64,000 nucleotides of DNA from Marsupella aquatica (lineage: Eukaryota > Plantae > Marchantiophyta): NCBI GenBank assembly GCA_973895155.1, contig OZ316896.1, positions 2,480,001-2,544,000 on the forward strand, read 5' to 3'. The notes under the pieces are model-generated. The model did no database searches. It had not been told where the DNA came from and saw nothing but the letters and a program-made list of their open reading frames with translations. The first letter of the stretch is position 1. The number at the start of each line of letters is the position of its first letter. The translations under genes and the position numbers were made by a program. Of the stretch, positions 10,846 to 23,581 are shown one piece after another.

Positions 10846-13800
10846 AAAGTATGGTGTCTAGTGGATTCTACATGGCAAGCAATGGGCCCAAATAAATGCT
10901 GATGTGAAGTACTTGTATTTTCTAGAATTTTAGATGACCTCAAGAAGTGGTCCAAAAATTTCCAAACCTTGGCTTCTTCATTCAAGGAAATCGTATTTAT
11001 TGAATTTTGATTTCTAGAATCTATTGTTAGATTAAGAAGCGACCCTCCAGTTTGCTTTGGTGAAAAAATTCACTTGTGCCTGATTTTTTGTAAGGGGTGC
11101 CTCTTGCTAGAAAGACCAGACAACAAATGACAAGTCACTTGCCATTTTTTCTTCTTCTAGATTTCATTAGAACCATTCAGATAAAGTAACCAGTGCATTT
11201 TGGCTCTAAGTGAGACTGAGAGGTCACTTCAGATGAGAGGTTACTTTAGAAGAAATCTTCAAATCTTACATGGACTTCTCCCAATCTCTGATGTAGCAGA
11301 GTGGGTCTCCATAGCGCTTATGTGGATGGCGTAGTTCAAGTTTAGTCCACCTTTTGCATTTTTTTCGAATGGCCTCTCCATCGCTTCTCATGCTGTCAGT
11401 AAACTGTACTGCATGACTAAAAAAGTTGTGCCCAAAGTTTGGATCACCCCTTTATGAGGTGGTATTTTGAGACTTCCTCTCCGTCTCTTCTTATTCTTTC
11501 ACTACGATATTCAATGCATGTCTGACCCACCTTTTTTGGTTAGGAGACATCTCCTGAACTCCTTCTGTGACAACAATAATATTAAACATGCATGCCTGAC
11601 CACCGTTTTTTGTTCAGAAGGCAGTCCAAATGGACAGCAGGTCAGGGATGGTAATACACAAATGATCTAATAGTTCTTGTATAGCCCTCTTTTAGCGGTC
11701 TAATTGGACCTGTGCATCAAGTATGGTTACACACAAGAGACTACAGTAGTCATTTTTGGTCCAGTATTTCTTAGGCCTCCTTAAGTGGTCTAAATGGTCC
11801 TGTGTATCAGGTATTGCAAAGCACACTCTCTTGACCAATGTTTCTTCCAAAGCAATCTAAATGGATAAGGTATGGTAAAATACAAGTGACCAGTCTTTAT
11901 GCACTGCATAATCACTTTTTTTTTCTGTCAGGAGGCCATCTAAAATGGACACAAGTCTCCATTTTCTGTGAAGTCTTTTATTTAAAGTCCCCCTAAAGCC
12001 ACCCATTTAGGGCTTACACATAGAACTGCAACTTGCACTGTCATCCCAGTGCCAGACCTGACCGAACCGGATTGACTAGGGCGTCTCAAATACAGTGAAC
12101 TTTTGCTGGCGACCTCATCCGGGAGTGTGTGACCAGGGGAAGTGGAAACCAAATGTGAGGCCTGACCAGCCACGCTCGAGAGTTGTGACCAAAATTGAAG
12201 GTAAACTGGTACGAAAAATTACTCAATTTTAGTGTGTTCATTTATTCACTGTGCAATTTTCATACCTCTCTCAAATTAAAGACCCCCAAAAAATCACTAC
12301 CTTTTGTACATAATTTTGGTGCACTCGAGTGCATAGCCTGACCCCAGGAGTTTTTTTTTTTCCTTTTCTAATATTTGAGGCCCCTACTAGTATTAGTGAA
12401 ACCGGGTTCAAAAAGTTCCGAACCTCTCTCTCGGGTCCGTAGCTGTCACGCTTGGTACAGTGTCCTTTGTTCTGTTCATTACTGAAGTACAGTCCGTAAG
12501 TGTACGTCACTGCACGGACTTGTCCGTCTTTCGATATACGGATGAAAATTCTGTACAAATCTAGGTACGGTATACGACTACTAGGTCGTGGTCGGCAGAT
12601 ATCGCATCGACCGTCAATTTTCAAAATGGACGGCCAAGGTTTAGTACTTGAAAATTAGAGAAATGGGGGATAATAAAATGGCGTATACGGAAATCTACGT
12701 GGCCATATCGTGAAAACAGAATAGGGCGTGAACCTCCAGGTTTGCAAACGTGCCCGGATAGACTGCAACCCGCATAGACCTCAGGAAAACCTATTTCTTG
12801 CTATTTTTGTTCAGATGATACACATTATATCTAAGACAAGAAGCATATGTGTAAATTGGTTTGTATTGTTTCTGGCTTTTCCTATAAGTAAAATATTCCT
12901 TTTAAAGAAAAAAACAAAAAGCCTATCTTTGGAAAGTCGTAGCTCTTTCAATCTTTGATTTGATGAGACTATTAGTTGGAAAGCTCTTTGGAAACTACTT
13001 AGCCAATCAAAAATTACTCCCTGGTCTACTGTCTAGAGTGAAGCCGACCTTGGACCTTGACTCTACCTCATAGCATAACTTACTACCATACAAAAGAAAA
13101 GGGATGAGGCAAAGATGAACAAGAAATAGTAGGATGGAATACTTTTTCTAGCATGGCTTTTTTATCTCCTCTCATTTGTCTTTATGTTCAAAGAATGGAT
13201 AATCAGGCTAGTACAAGCCCAAAAAGACTTGATTTGGATGCATATCAAAAGAGGCATTGGAGAAAGCAATTTGTTGGTCAGTTTTTCTTGAAGTTGGAAG
13301 AGTGTCAGCAAGTGTGGGTGAAATGGTGTCTTAGTCTATGGAGGTTGTAGTGTTCCCAAGCTCCGTCCATCCGTTCCCAGGATTGCAATTCGAATATTTT
13401 CAGGTATTATTCATGAGGCTGATCTCTCTCAAATGCATGGTTTTATAGATTCTATGAAAGCAAAGAAATCCTACTGAGCAAAAGATTTGTGAAGAGAATC
13501 CCATCCAAAAGATTTGTGAAGAGAATCCCATCCTAGTTCTAGCTTTTTGGAATGGAGGACGGAGGGAGGCAGAGAGAAGGGGGGAGGGGGTGTTGGATGT
13601 TTCAGGAGCAACACAACAGCAGGAACTGTCCTGGAGCCATGAGGGCCATGCTGGCTGGCGGGCTGAAGAGTTGGCTCTTCCTAAGTGCACACTGCATAAA
13701 AGTAAACCCTGGGTAAATGCAAAGCATCCAGTTCTTCCTTTGTGCCCCAACCATTTTGCAGATGACTCCAGTAGACGACAAAAATGCAAGTGTAAAATTC

Positions 13801-13954
13801 CTCATTAGGATAAGAGTGCAAAATCCCGAATGTCGCAACCCCATCAGTACATCCAAGAAATCACAAACCAATAGAGGTATTTCTGATGTGCAAATCCAAC
13901 GACGCAAACAAATGTGTGCCTTGCACAATACAATACAAGTAGATTTTATAATGT

Positions 13955-15060
13955 GAAGACGGGGTTAACAACCTTCTTCTCTCCAGTTGTTTGCACTTAG
14001 GAAGAAGAGGCTGTACAATATAATAAGTTGTTTTAATAATGTGTAGATAGACGGGGTTAACAACCTTCTTCTTTCTGGGAGAGTGCACTTAGAAAGAGTA
14101 GGTTGTACTTTTGTAATACAATATAAGTAAATTTAATAATATGAAGTCCGGGTTAACAACCTTCTTCATCCCAGGAGAGTGCACTTAGGAAGAGGAGGCT
14201 ATCTACAACTATAATGATGGATATCATCTTTTTTAGTCCTTTGTCCCAAATACAAAAAAGCTCATGGGCAGGAAATATCCACACTCATTGGATTCGATTA
14301 ACTGTTTTCACTGACCATTGATAGAGTAAATGTACAACCCTGACACATATGTGCTTCCCGTTGTCCCATAAATGTTAGATATTGCTCTAGTCTTGTGATT
14401 CATGAGCTAACCACAGTTAGTCTAACTCGGGTTAGGACTTAGCTAATGTTAGCGATAGTGCTATTGTGCATATAGCCAGGGCTGATGCCAGACCCTGGTG
14501 AAACTTAGGCTCATTGTTACGGAGCTAGTTGAGAGATAGGGAGAGCTTGTGCTATGGATGCTTGGTATGGCCGGTCGGCCTAGAGTGCAGTAAAACTCTT
14601 GTGTGTTCCCGTGGATGTAGCCAATGTGAAAGTGAACCACGTATCTCTCTGTGTCGACTATTGTGCGTTGGATGGTTAATGGACTTGCCGTCACGAATGT
14701 CATCTATGCTCAACAATAAATACCCCGGCCTGGCTCCCTATGGGCCGACCCTCCTTGTGTTGTGCAACGCACAGGCATAGGGCTTGTTTAATAATATGAA
14801 GACCGGGTTAACAACCTTCTTCTTCCCACGAGTGTGCACTTAGGAAGAGGAGGCTGGACATATAATAAGTAATTGCACAGGCATAGGGCTCGTTTAATAA
14901 TATGAAGACCGGGTTAACAACTTTCTTCTTCCCACGAGTGTGCACTTAGGAAGAGGAGGCTTGACAATATAATAAGTAATAAATAGTTTTAATAATGTGT
15001 AAGACGGGGTTAACAACCTTCTTCTTCCCCGGAAGGGGTGCACTTAGGAAGAGTAGGCTG
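13955..15060. repeat. Array of six ~59-bp hairpin-forming repeats with AT-rich spacers, split into 3+3
   Basis: Units GAAGACSGGGTTAACAACCTTCTTCTTCC-N-GTGCACTTAGGAAGAGGAGGCTG start near 13955, 14049, 14143, 14798, 14904 and 15001. Confidence 0.9.
14373..14715 (+). mobile_element. Solo LTR (copia-like), 343 bp
   Basis: TGTTAG...CAACA with perfect TSD ATAAA (14368-14372 and 14716-14720); GTGGATGTAGCC...GTGAACCACGTA motif common in plant copia LTRs. Confidence 0.85.
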
Positions 15061-15696
15061 TAACTGGGATGGACTGTACAGTAGTAGTAGTAGTAGCTCG
15101 CTGGTCCCTTGACCTCCCTCCGACCCTCACGGTAGCAGCCAAACAAACAAAAGCACAGAGGAGAAAAAGCTATGGCGGAGGAGGTAAGCAGACGAATGAG
15201 CGCAGCTCGCGTGTTTCTCAAGCGGACGACGAGCACCACGACGACGACGACGAGGAGATGGTGGATCCGGGGGAGAACGGAAGTGGGATTCGGGCTGGGA
15301 CGTCACGGGCCGCGCAACGACGACGACTTTAGCGCAATGGAGTGCCGCGACGCAACGGAACGCTGCTGCCACTGTTGTGACTGTTGTTGTTACAGCACAG
15401 GACGAGAAGGTTGAGCTCGAGGGACGATGCTGCTGTGTGCGCGTGACTGATTTTAAGCACTAGAGAAGACGGTGTTTAAGCTCTGGTGAAGAGGAAGAAG
15501 AAGCTCGATGAGGCTCCAGGAGAACGTTGAGAATGGTAGAGGATGAGAGGAGGACGCGGATCAAAAATTTTATGTAGTGGCCGCTGCGGCGTGGAGCAGA
15601 GGAGGAGGAGGAGGTTTGGGGATGTAGAGGGAGGAGGAGGTGGTTGCAGCGGAGGCGACGAAGAGCCGGGAGGAGGAGGAAGAGGTAGGTGAAACA

Positions 15697-17936
15697 ATGT
15701 CGGGGGGAGTGGGGAGGAACGTCAAGGACAAGGTTGGTGTGGTCGGGAAGAGGGAATGGAGCGGGACGTTGCGGCTGACAATTGTGGCGCTGCTGCTCGG
15801 CACAGCGGCGTGGATCTCGCTGCTGTTCTCGGCCAAGAATCAGTGCTCGCGGGCGGTAGTGGCCCTTTCGGATGGGCCGCCCTCGTCCTTTGATGGATGG
15901 TCAGACTCGTCTAGTTTCTGGTCCGGGGAGGGGCCGGGCCAAGGGAGAGAAGGCTTCGGTGGGATGAAGCCTCCGAAAAATGGGTCGGGATCTTTGTTAA
16001 CACATCAGGTGGTGTTCGGAATTGCCGGATCGTCGCAGCTCTGGTCGAAGCGGAAGGAGTTCGTCAAGCTGTGGTGGAGGGATCCGGATATGCGTGGCTT
16101 TGTGTGGCTCGAGGAGCCTGTAGAGGAGGACAAGAGGGTTGGAGCCGCAGGGGTGGGCTGGGGGCTCCCGAAAGTTCTGGTGTCGGAGGATACTTCTAGG
16201 TTTAGTTACACTCATTCGCTAGGGCATCCGTCTGGAATTCGAATTTCCAGGCTGGTTTCGGAGACGTTCCGGCTGAACCTTCCGAATGTGAAATGGTTTG
16301 TGATGGGAGATGACGACACGATGTTCAACGTCGACAATTTGGTTCACGTGCTGAGCAAGTATGATCCATCCGAAATGTGGTATATTGGGAATCCGTCTGA
16401 GAGTCACCACCAGAATACTCATTTCAGCGCCACGATGGCCTACGGAGGGGGAGGATTTGCAATTAGCTACCCTTTGGCGAAGGAAATCGCCCAAATGCAG
16501 GATGAATGCCTGGAACGGTATCCTGAGCTATTCGGCAGCGATGATAGACTTCAAGCCTGCATCCTGGAGCTTGGCGTCCCTCTCACGAAGGAGATCGGGT
16601 TTCATCAGGTAAGACCTTCGTGCCGCAATTGGTTCTCGTTTACCTTAAGTCTTTTCTTTCGGGATCAGGACCAATTCGTCGATCGTAGGGCTCCCCTTAA
16701 TTGTTATTTCCACAACCTTGCCTTATCTCTATAACTAGTGATGTGGGAGCAGAAGTTGGTGTTACTACTGCGACGCCGCAAAATGCAAGAACAGAGACGT
16801 AAAAATTTGTAAGTTGGTTTAAGGGGGAGATGGAATAATTTCTTCTACGCGTTGCGAATTAGATTCTATTGATGTTATCTAACCAGTGGGGATGTTGAAA
16901 CTGCTTTGCACATCAAAGATAACATCGATAACTGATTTCGCTCCTTGGGTTTGGTTTGCAGTTCGATGTCGTGGGGAATGCTTTTGGGATCCTGGCAGCG
17001 CATCCCGTGGCGCCATTCTTGTCGATTCATCACTTGCAGCTGATACGGCCTCTGTTCCCGGGAATGACTGCGCTGGATGGCCTCCGCCATATATCCGGCG
17101 CTATGCACACCGAGCCGACGAGTTTCCTCCAGCAGGTTATATGCTACGATCGGAAACGGAGCTTATCGTATTCCATCTCCCTGGGCTACGTGGTGCAGGT
17201 GTTTCCGCAAATAATTCTGCCTCGAATGCTGCAAAGACCAATGCGGACTTTCTCCGCTTGGAACGGGGTGAAGGATGAGTTCCAGTTCACCTTCGACACC
17301 CGTCAGGTCCCGAAATCCATATGCAACCATCCGCTCCGTTTCTTTATGAAGACGATGGATTACAACGCAACCACGGAGGTCGTAGTGGGTCTCTATGAGA
17401 GGCAGCTGGCTATAGACAAGCGAAAGCTGTCCGCATTATGTTGGCCTTCTGCTTTATCTGCTGACAAGGTCACCCACGTACGCGTCGTTAGTCGCCCCTT
17501 GCCTGACCAGTGGTTCGAGGTAAGAGTTCATTCCCCATTCCATCTCCCTCGATTGGTACTGAACTTTCTAACTCGATCCAAGTAGTAAATATCATCGAAC
17601 TCATCTTATCACGGGACCGTTCAGGTCTAGCTATTAAGGTAGCTCCTTGCCGGGATCGGTGCTGGATAGCAATAAATCGTGAATCCTTGATTTTCGGTCA
17701 GGTCATGCGCTGAGCCGAGCGTGTAATTGTTGGTACTATAAAAATTGTTTAAACGTTTGAAGTGTCTCTTTTAATACCTTCTGGTCCTCGCTGTCCTGAT
17801 TTTGTGGCCATTTTTGGTCGTGGTTCTGGTGTGGCAGGTGCCGAGAAGGCAGTGCTCTCGATTGAATGGAATCGAGAACATGGTCTTGGAAATCATCGTA
17901 GGCCCTTGCCAACCCGGTGAACTCCTACCAAGATGA
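15697..17936 (+). CDS. DUF604 / fringe-like GT31 glycosyltransferase; exons 15697-16608, 16962-17519, 17838-17936
   Basis: N-terminal TM anchor; VVFGIAGS, WFVMGDDDT, YIGNPSE, MAYGGGGFAISYPLA, GSDDRL, GFHQ|FD, AAHPVAPFLSIHHL, PRRQC; GT-AG junctions keep the frame. Confidence 0.93.
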
Positions 17937-18759
17937 GATGAGGGTAGGAGCTACAAGCAGGAAGAAGTCAAGTGCATATGTTGTACATGGTTTAGGGTTC
18001 GAACAACTCTCGTCCCTACCAGAGCAGCTCTCAGCCCCAAGAACAGTTTTGCCAACAGTTAAACAACGGTTTTCGTTTTTTTTGTGTGGGTTGCTCTCTC
18101 GGCAGTCAACTGATTGACTATGGCAACGTAGTCCCGCCGCTCACCCACCCACCCGGCTGCCGCGTCAGGAACTTTCATGTGTCCATCGATCAAGTCTCGT
18201 CCTGGTGAGGGATGGGAGTGCGAGAGAGTCTCTCTGTCGGAGTGCCGAACATACGATGTAATTGACTCATTTAGCCCGCAGTAGGAAGGGAGGGAGGCTT
18301 AATGAGCACACACAGCCATTAGCCATTGCTGGTCCCCTGAAGCTGACGGGCAACGTCCTGAGCTAACCTTCGCGACTTGGAGCTACACAGAGAGGGGCTC
18401 CATCACGGTGCAATTGCACGCCATCCCATGCCGTGTTACTGGATTAATCGCACATGCGGTGGAATTCTTTGTGTAAATTGGGCGGATTGGAGTACATGGG
18501 TGTGGTAGCTTCAGAACAATTGACAATGAAAAGTGAAGCAGGGTGCCTGCTACTTCCTCCAAATGAATGGAGGATAGAAGGAAAGGATGGATTTCAGCAT
18601 TGATTTAGCACACCATTGTGTGCCACTGTAGGGTGCTTACAACGGGAATTCTTTGCCCCCCGTCTGCTCGGGGGTGCCACATCTTAAAACAGTCACTGGG
18701 TATCAATTACAGATATTTAGCAGCCAGGGACTTCTTTTGAAGTCAATTTGTACTCTATA

Positions 18760-19220
18760 TTGATCAAATTATTGTGCTTGAATGAGTGTAAAGTTCCATC
18801 TCGCAATCTGCTCCGCCGTTCCAGAAGAGTTTTTTCTGGAATTGTCCTCAGCCTGCCATCGGTAATAGTTTGTTTTTAGAGGTGCTGAAGGGGAAGCTTT
18901 CTCTGGCTCTCTTCTGTTTCTGGTAAAATTGTCCAGATTCTCTTCCATAGTTCTTGTTAGAATTAGGTCGAAACAGTTCCAAACTATGGGTACAGCATTT
19001 TCTTCGATTGCACCTACTAAAACTACAATCGAAGAGCAACTTGGATCAGACCTACGGCAATTTTGTGTCCAGAGTATCCTTCGGGATCTTGCCGTATTTC
19101 GTGTGAAATGCTTACGGCCATCGGTCTTTCTTAGTTCCGTGGATTGCCGTCATTTGTCAAGGCTAGACAAGTTAGCGGATGCGCCTAATCCCTCTTGGGG
19201 GAAACTCTGTTTTTATTGTC
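18760..19220 (-). mobile_element. Highly degraded Ty3/gypsy RT-RNase H relic
   Basis: Broken minus-strand frames give W.*AFHTKYG (compare KTAF.T.YG) and QIARW...Q..FD.YR (compare RQARW..L..YDF.I.YR). Confidence 0.4.
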
Positions 19221-19419
19221 TTTGAGGTCGTTAATTCTTAGGACTATTGTACTAGGCCGAGTGAATTATGATGGGCATTTGAATCTTGAAGTACTACGGT
19301 CACGCACGAGAAGTATCTTTCTGCCTGACTCGGCTTGTCCGAATGGTTGTACAAAGTACCGAATTCTTATCAAGTGTCGGAGGCATGTGCTCATTGGGAT
19401 CTGGTGCCTCATGCAATCT

Positions 19420-19633
19420 GCATACTCTTCTCGATGACCCAATGACCCTAGCTTTGGCTGATTGATGATCCCGTACTCCACAAGGTATGCCCATGCGAGC
19501 AGTGGGCAATAGGACCCTGTTCGTCCGCATACTCTTCTCGATGACTCAACGACCCTAGCTTTGGCTGACTGATGACACCCCTTACTCCACAAGGTATGCC
19601 CACACGAGCAGTGGGCAGTAGGACCCTGTTCGG
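19420..19633. repeat. Tandem duplication, about 107-bp unit x2
   Basis: GCATACTCTTCTCGATGAC...TAGGACCCTGTTCG occurs twice. Confidence 0.85.
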
Positions 19634-20998
19634 GTCGAACAGTAGATTTGTTAGTGACATTTAGAGGATAAGCTGAGTGGATTGGCATTGGATCTGAAAC
19701 TTGAAAACGATGTGCCTGTCAGTACGGATTCCTTAGCAGTGGGTATCATTCTATCTATCTATCTATCTGTGTTTCTGTCGCCCGGTCTGCCCTGGCGTGG
19801 CCAACAAACGGATACGAATTCCCTTTACAGAGCACATTCTCCTCCGGTCTCCGTCTCCGTCTCGATGTGTCCTGTTGTGGCTTGCTTGCACGGATCTTTT
19901 GTCTATTCATCACCTCTCGGTATCCTGTCCGATGAACCAACTCTCCCAACCGTACTGGCTGGCTGGTCCTATTGGGAAATCGGAATGGTACCTTGCACTT
20001 CGTATGACGGTGAGACCTGACTTACTGACTGGCTCAATGACTCAATGACTGCGAAAGAGTAGTGGGTCGGAATTTTGGGGCACCGAGGGAATCGCTTTAA
20101 ATTAATTTGCTTTCACTGGTCTCAATTGGATGGATCTGATGCCGAGAAGGTGATAACTCGACATGTGCTGTTGCTCCATACAACGGACTTTCTCCTCCCA
20201 TGATGGTGACATTCTTGAGCAAACTAGAGCTGGGCTGGGCTGGGCTAGTTGGGCCGTGTGCTGTCCTCTCTTCTCTGACAGCAAGCATGTGGGTCATGGC
20301 CTGCAGCAAGAAGAGCACTATGGAAAATGCGGACGCGTGATGCCTCGGTCCGTTGCAGAGGAGACTTTCATTCTGATTTCTCGATACTGTCGTGAGTACT
20401 ACTGTAGTCATGTGTTTACCAGAGGGAGAGCTCACCTTGGTCGAGACTTTCGTCATGACGTCAATTCGAACTGTCAGCATGAGAGCTGAGTGTGCACTGG
20501 GTTGCCTTTTATCTGCGGCTCGATCCAATTGAATTGTCTTTAGAAGAATACAGTAATATATACAATATATGTTGGGTGTTCAATTTCAAGCTTAAGTTCC
20601 ATCCGACTTCAGGCTTGGCCTTTCAGTCACCACTTTTGTAGTGTCTTTAGGCCACTCCTTATCTAAGGTGCACGGAAGGAGGAGGCGGAGCAGGTCCCAG
20701 CCCTGCCAACCCCATCCACCTCTCAACCCTCTTTGAGACATCTGGTCACCTACAATTGGTTATCTCTTCCGCACTCTCCTTCTGCTGTCACCTTTATATC
20801 ATCCTTCAATGCGTGACGCCATTCACCCTGCATGAGGGGAAGAAATATGTCGGCAACTTTGGATAATTATTATCCAGTGGTATACCCCTTTTGTTGTGTG
20901 GCCTCCTTGGTCTTCTCGTGGTCGTTCACTTGCCTTTATTGGGTTCTTTTGCCTCTAGGCCCCATGTCTCTCGGTTTTGGTGTTCCCTTTTGGCACTC

Positions 20999-21204
20999 TG
21001 ATATATAAATTAGGGAAAGAAAGTCAAAGAGGACATTCTGTTATTCCTAGGCAATAGGAAATGATCTTGGGCAGCTTTTCCCCTTAGCTGGGCCCCCTCA
21101 GTGTGATATATAAATGGGGAAAGAAAGTCAAAGAGGACCTTCTGTCATTCGTAGGCAATAGGAAATGATCTTGGGCAGCTTTCCCCCTTAGCTGGGCCCC
21201 CTCA
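20999..21204. repeat. Tandem duplication, about 104-bp unit x2
   Basis: TGATATATAAAT...AAGAAAGTCAAAGAGGAC...TTAGCTGGGCCCCCTCA occurs twice. Confidence 0.85.
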
Positions 21205-22612
21205 CGGAGGCCACGCTGCAAGTTCTGCAATCTCTTCTCAAGACGGATTTATCGATATGTGGGCCCATCAATTTAACTGTTGGGGAATGAAGAAGTATTC
21301 GATGCAACTTTTGGCTTTAGCTTTGTCGAGAATGAAAAGGTGTAAATTTCCTGTCAGTCGGGTCTACTGTAGTTTGCTTGTTGTCACCCACATAAACCCC
21401 ACATGTAGGCCTCGTGAATGTGGAAGATCCAGAGGACCTTCGATGGGACCTTCGATTGCGCAGAACCATGTGAGATGCATTTCGTTAAGACGCTAGAGAA
21501 TTGCTCCTCATCTGTTTCATAAAGCTACTACAGCAGAGAACTACAGTAGGAGGAGTCGAGCTAAGTACTTCTTGCGGAGCTGCATGTATCACAGTGCCCA
21601 TGGGCAAAAAACGCCAAACCTGGAAACAAGATCCCAAAGACAATTCAACCCAATGAATGGGAGAAAAGGAGGGGAAAGGGCCCCAAGAAAAAAACAAGCT
21701 AAGGGGTCCCTATCCAGTCTGCATTGTGCCTCAAGTGGTATACATCGAAGCTGAGGGGACAAAGACGTGACCCTTGTGAACAATCTTGCTCTGTCGAGAC
21801 CATAGGATACTTTCCCTTTCCTGTCTGTTCTCTGGGCCTCTTTCCTCTCCTTCTCCCAGTAGTTGTGCATTTCTAAAACATTTCTTGAAGAAGTGGAGAG
21901 GACCAATCTTAGGGACTTTCACATTCCAATCGGCCAACTGGTCCTTCATTGTCTCTTGCATCTCCGTGTCCTCAGTAGCTTTGGAAAGCGGCTCACCTTG
22001 AGCTTCTTTGAATACAAACTTTTTTCTCAAATCTTATGTTTGAGAAGCAATGTTTGTCTTTTTTTTTTTTCCCCTTTAATTTCAATTCTATTTGATGTCC
22101 AAATTTCCTTTGCTGCCCCCATTTTTTCTAGTCTCTTTTATTTATACCTTTTTGTTGTCTGATTTTGTCCCTTGCTACCCATTCTCTTGTGTTGCCTGAT
22201 AGCATCCCTGCCCATCATGACCATTTCCTTGAATCTGCCTGGTGGTATTGTTCAAAATGGTAGCACCATTGCAATTGACAACAAACATAAAAGAAGCATT
22301 GGATCTAACTCAAATATTTATTTATTATAAAGTAGTACACAACTAGTGTCTTTTTTTCATAGCCACTAAAATCACTAAAATCACTAATTGTACAATCCCG
22401 TATAATTTCATTTACTAAATGCATGGCATGTTTTAGCGGAGTAAAATCACACTTAGGGGTTAGGGGACCTACTTTAGGGCAGGGACGTACAGCTTAGGGT
22501 GGGAGTCAGGAGACCTTCACTAAGGAAGCATAATTGCATATTAAACAAAGAAATGTAAACCAGACACTCTTACTGATAAGTGCAAATTTACATGTTTGCA
22601 CTAATCACATAA

Positions 22613-22920
22613 TGCAAACCTCCTTTAGTGCACGCCGTGCTTCATATGCACTTAGAGAGAGGCCTCAACATAATGCAAACCTCCTTTAGTGCACGCCATG
22701 CTACACATGCACTTAGAGAGAGGTGATTGTAGTGCAAACCCCTGTTTAGTGCACACTGCATGCTTTGTGTGCACTCAGATCGAGAAGACTGTAGTGCAAA
22801 TCCCCGTTTAGTGCACACCGGATGCTTTGTGGGCACTTTAGAGAGAGACGACTGTAGTGCAAACCCCCGTTTAGTGCACACCGTATCCTTCGTGTGCACT
22901 TTAGAGAGAGACGACTGTAG
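22613..22920. repeat. Tandem array of five ~61-bp palindromic units
   Basis: TGCAAACC..TTTAGTGCAC-N-TGCACTT(T)AGAGAGAG..TGTAG units near 22613, 22674, 22733, 22795 and 22858. Confidence 0.88.
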
Positions 22921-23581
22921 TCTTCTGTTTGACCAAAGAGCTTTTTGGTATGCAGGAAGAGCGAGAGGAGAAGATTCATCATTGGATCTCCAAATTGTAG
23001 CTCCAAGATTCATAGGACGGAGCTTTCTGAGTCAGTCTACAATTCCACATCGAGCAATTAGTTCAGATGAGTTCACTGCAGCACTTCACCCAGTGAAGTA
23101 GTGTTGAGGTGAAACCACTCGAAAAGCCTCGAGCATCCAGAATTTTTGTATACCAGAGCCGAGACCTGTTTCTTGGTTTTCCAATTCGGTGATGGAGAAG
23201 GAGGAGCCCTAGTTGAGTGATCGGCTGCTCAGATCAGAGAGAGAAAGTGGATTGGACTTCGTCTATGGAGAAAAGGAAAGAATTTCCGAAAGTTTTGGAC
23301 CGTTGGGGGGCACGGAGCAATGTGGTGCCTAGATGAGAATCATGAGTCTAAGCCTAAAAGAAGCAGGAATGGGCCGGGTGGTGTGAAGATCTGGAGAGGA
23401 GGGAGGTGTGGCGAGTTCGTTGAAGAGGAGAAGAGGCAGCTGGTGCTTTGGCATAAGGAGGAGAGTAGAAATGTAGCAGATGAAAATTGGAGTGGGGGCG
23501 CGCTTAAGAGAGCTTGTTTTTGCTTCCACTGCGGAGGAGGGAAAGCCCGGTTGATTGGTTCCTAGTTCGTTGAGAGAGGCG

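Noticed and set aside
13955-15060. CRISPR array
   Set aside because: Eukaryotic context with no cas genes; the repeats are long and degenerate, and the spacers are related to one another rather than unique.
21480-22200. Transposase or gene relic on the minus strand
   Set aside because: The fragments look protein-like, but I could not identify any motif.
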